From a bacterium (GTDB lineage: Bacteria > Joyebacterota > Joyebacteria > Joyebacterales > Joyebacteraceae), in NCBI GenBank assembly GCA_025774545.1, contig JALGVU010000002.1, forward strand, positions 1-57,734: DNA of 57,734 bases, in the 5' to 3' direction. The number at the start of each line of letters is the position of its first letter. Position 1 is the stretch's first letter. A model generated the notes under the pieces. It was not told the origin of the DNA, did not search any database, and saw only the letters and a list, made by a program, of their open reading frames with translations. This document shows positions 57,714 through 57,734 of this stretch, one piece after another. A program made the translations under genes and the position numbers.

Positions 57714-57734
57714 GCATCTTCTTCGATGCTCTCT

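Noticed and set aside
57615-57734. Genomic island or integrase at selC, and more generally mobile elements, CRISPR or defence systems anywhere in the window
   Set aside because: No integrase, transposase, inverted terminal repeats, att-like duplication of the tRNA 3' end or cas-like genes are visible. The window ends 21 nt beyond selC, so an island to the right cannot be assessed.

Overview
This is a gene-dense bacterial chromosomal segment of 57.7 kb, roughly two-thirds G+C by eye. I call 43 protein genes (41 on the minus strand) and 4 RNA genes.

Most of the window (about 10.6-57.7 kb) is core housekeeping in conserved blocks:
- gatCAB with pcrA.
- rpsB-tsf-pyrH-frr-(small ferredoxin)-uppS-cdsA-dxr-rseP, followed by an Omp85-family barrel protein.
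- rplM-rpsI.
- recJ-rel-dtd-maf-mtnA.
- RNase P RNA.
- A COG1579-type zinc-ribbon gene coupled to RNase H.
- An expanded macromolecular-synthesis cluster, rpsU-yqeY-NIF3-mutS2-dnaG-rpoD, followed by tRNA-Met and tRNA-Val.
- hrcA-grpE-dnaK-dnaJ-rsmE with a perfect CIRCE operator.
- GH88, lepB, a DUF5683-like gene and a PP-loop ATPase.
- tRNA-Sec at the right edge.

The left 10.6 kb looks accessory and surface- or secretome-related:
- A repeat protein of more than 1,700 codons (thrombospondin-type-3, Ca-binding) whose frame is broken three times.
- A 1,347-aa GH57-like enzyme with a Por/T9SS-type C-terminal sorting domain.
- An orphan 229-aa gene with its own promoter.

The points I would look at again are the clustered same-direction frameshifts, the POTRA-less peptidase/PD40/Omp85 fusion at the syntenic bamA position (with near-perfect 48-nt repeats and an apparently leaderless promoter), a 56-aa ferredoxin ORF absent from the ORF track, tRNA-Sec, and several short tandem repeats in intergenic or 3'-terminal positions. 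Canonical TTGACA-N17-TAnnnT promoters are easy to see despite the high GC.

I found no CRISPR array, transposase, integrase or recognisable defence system. All family assignments come from motif recognition by eye; no database search was run. The lineage guess (an uncultivated FCB-like, Gemmatimonadota- or Eisenbacteria-like Gram-negative) is inference only.
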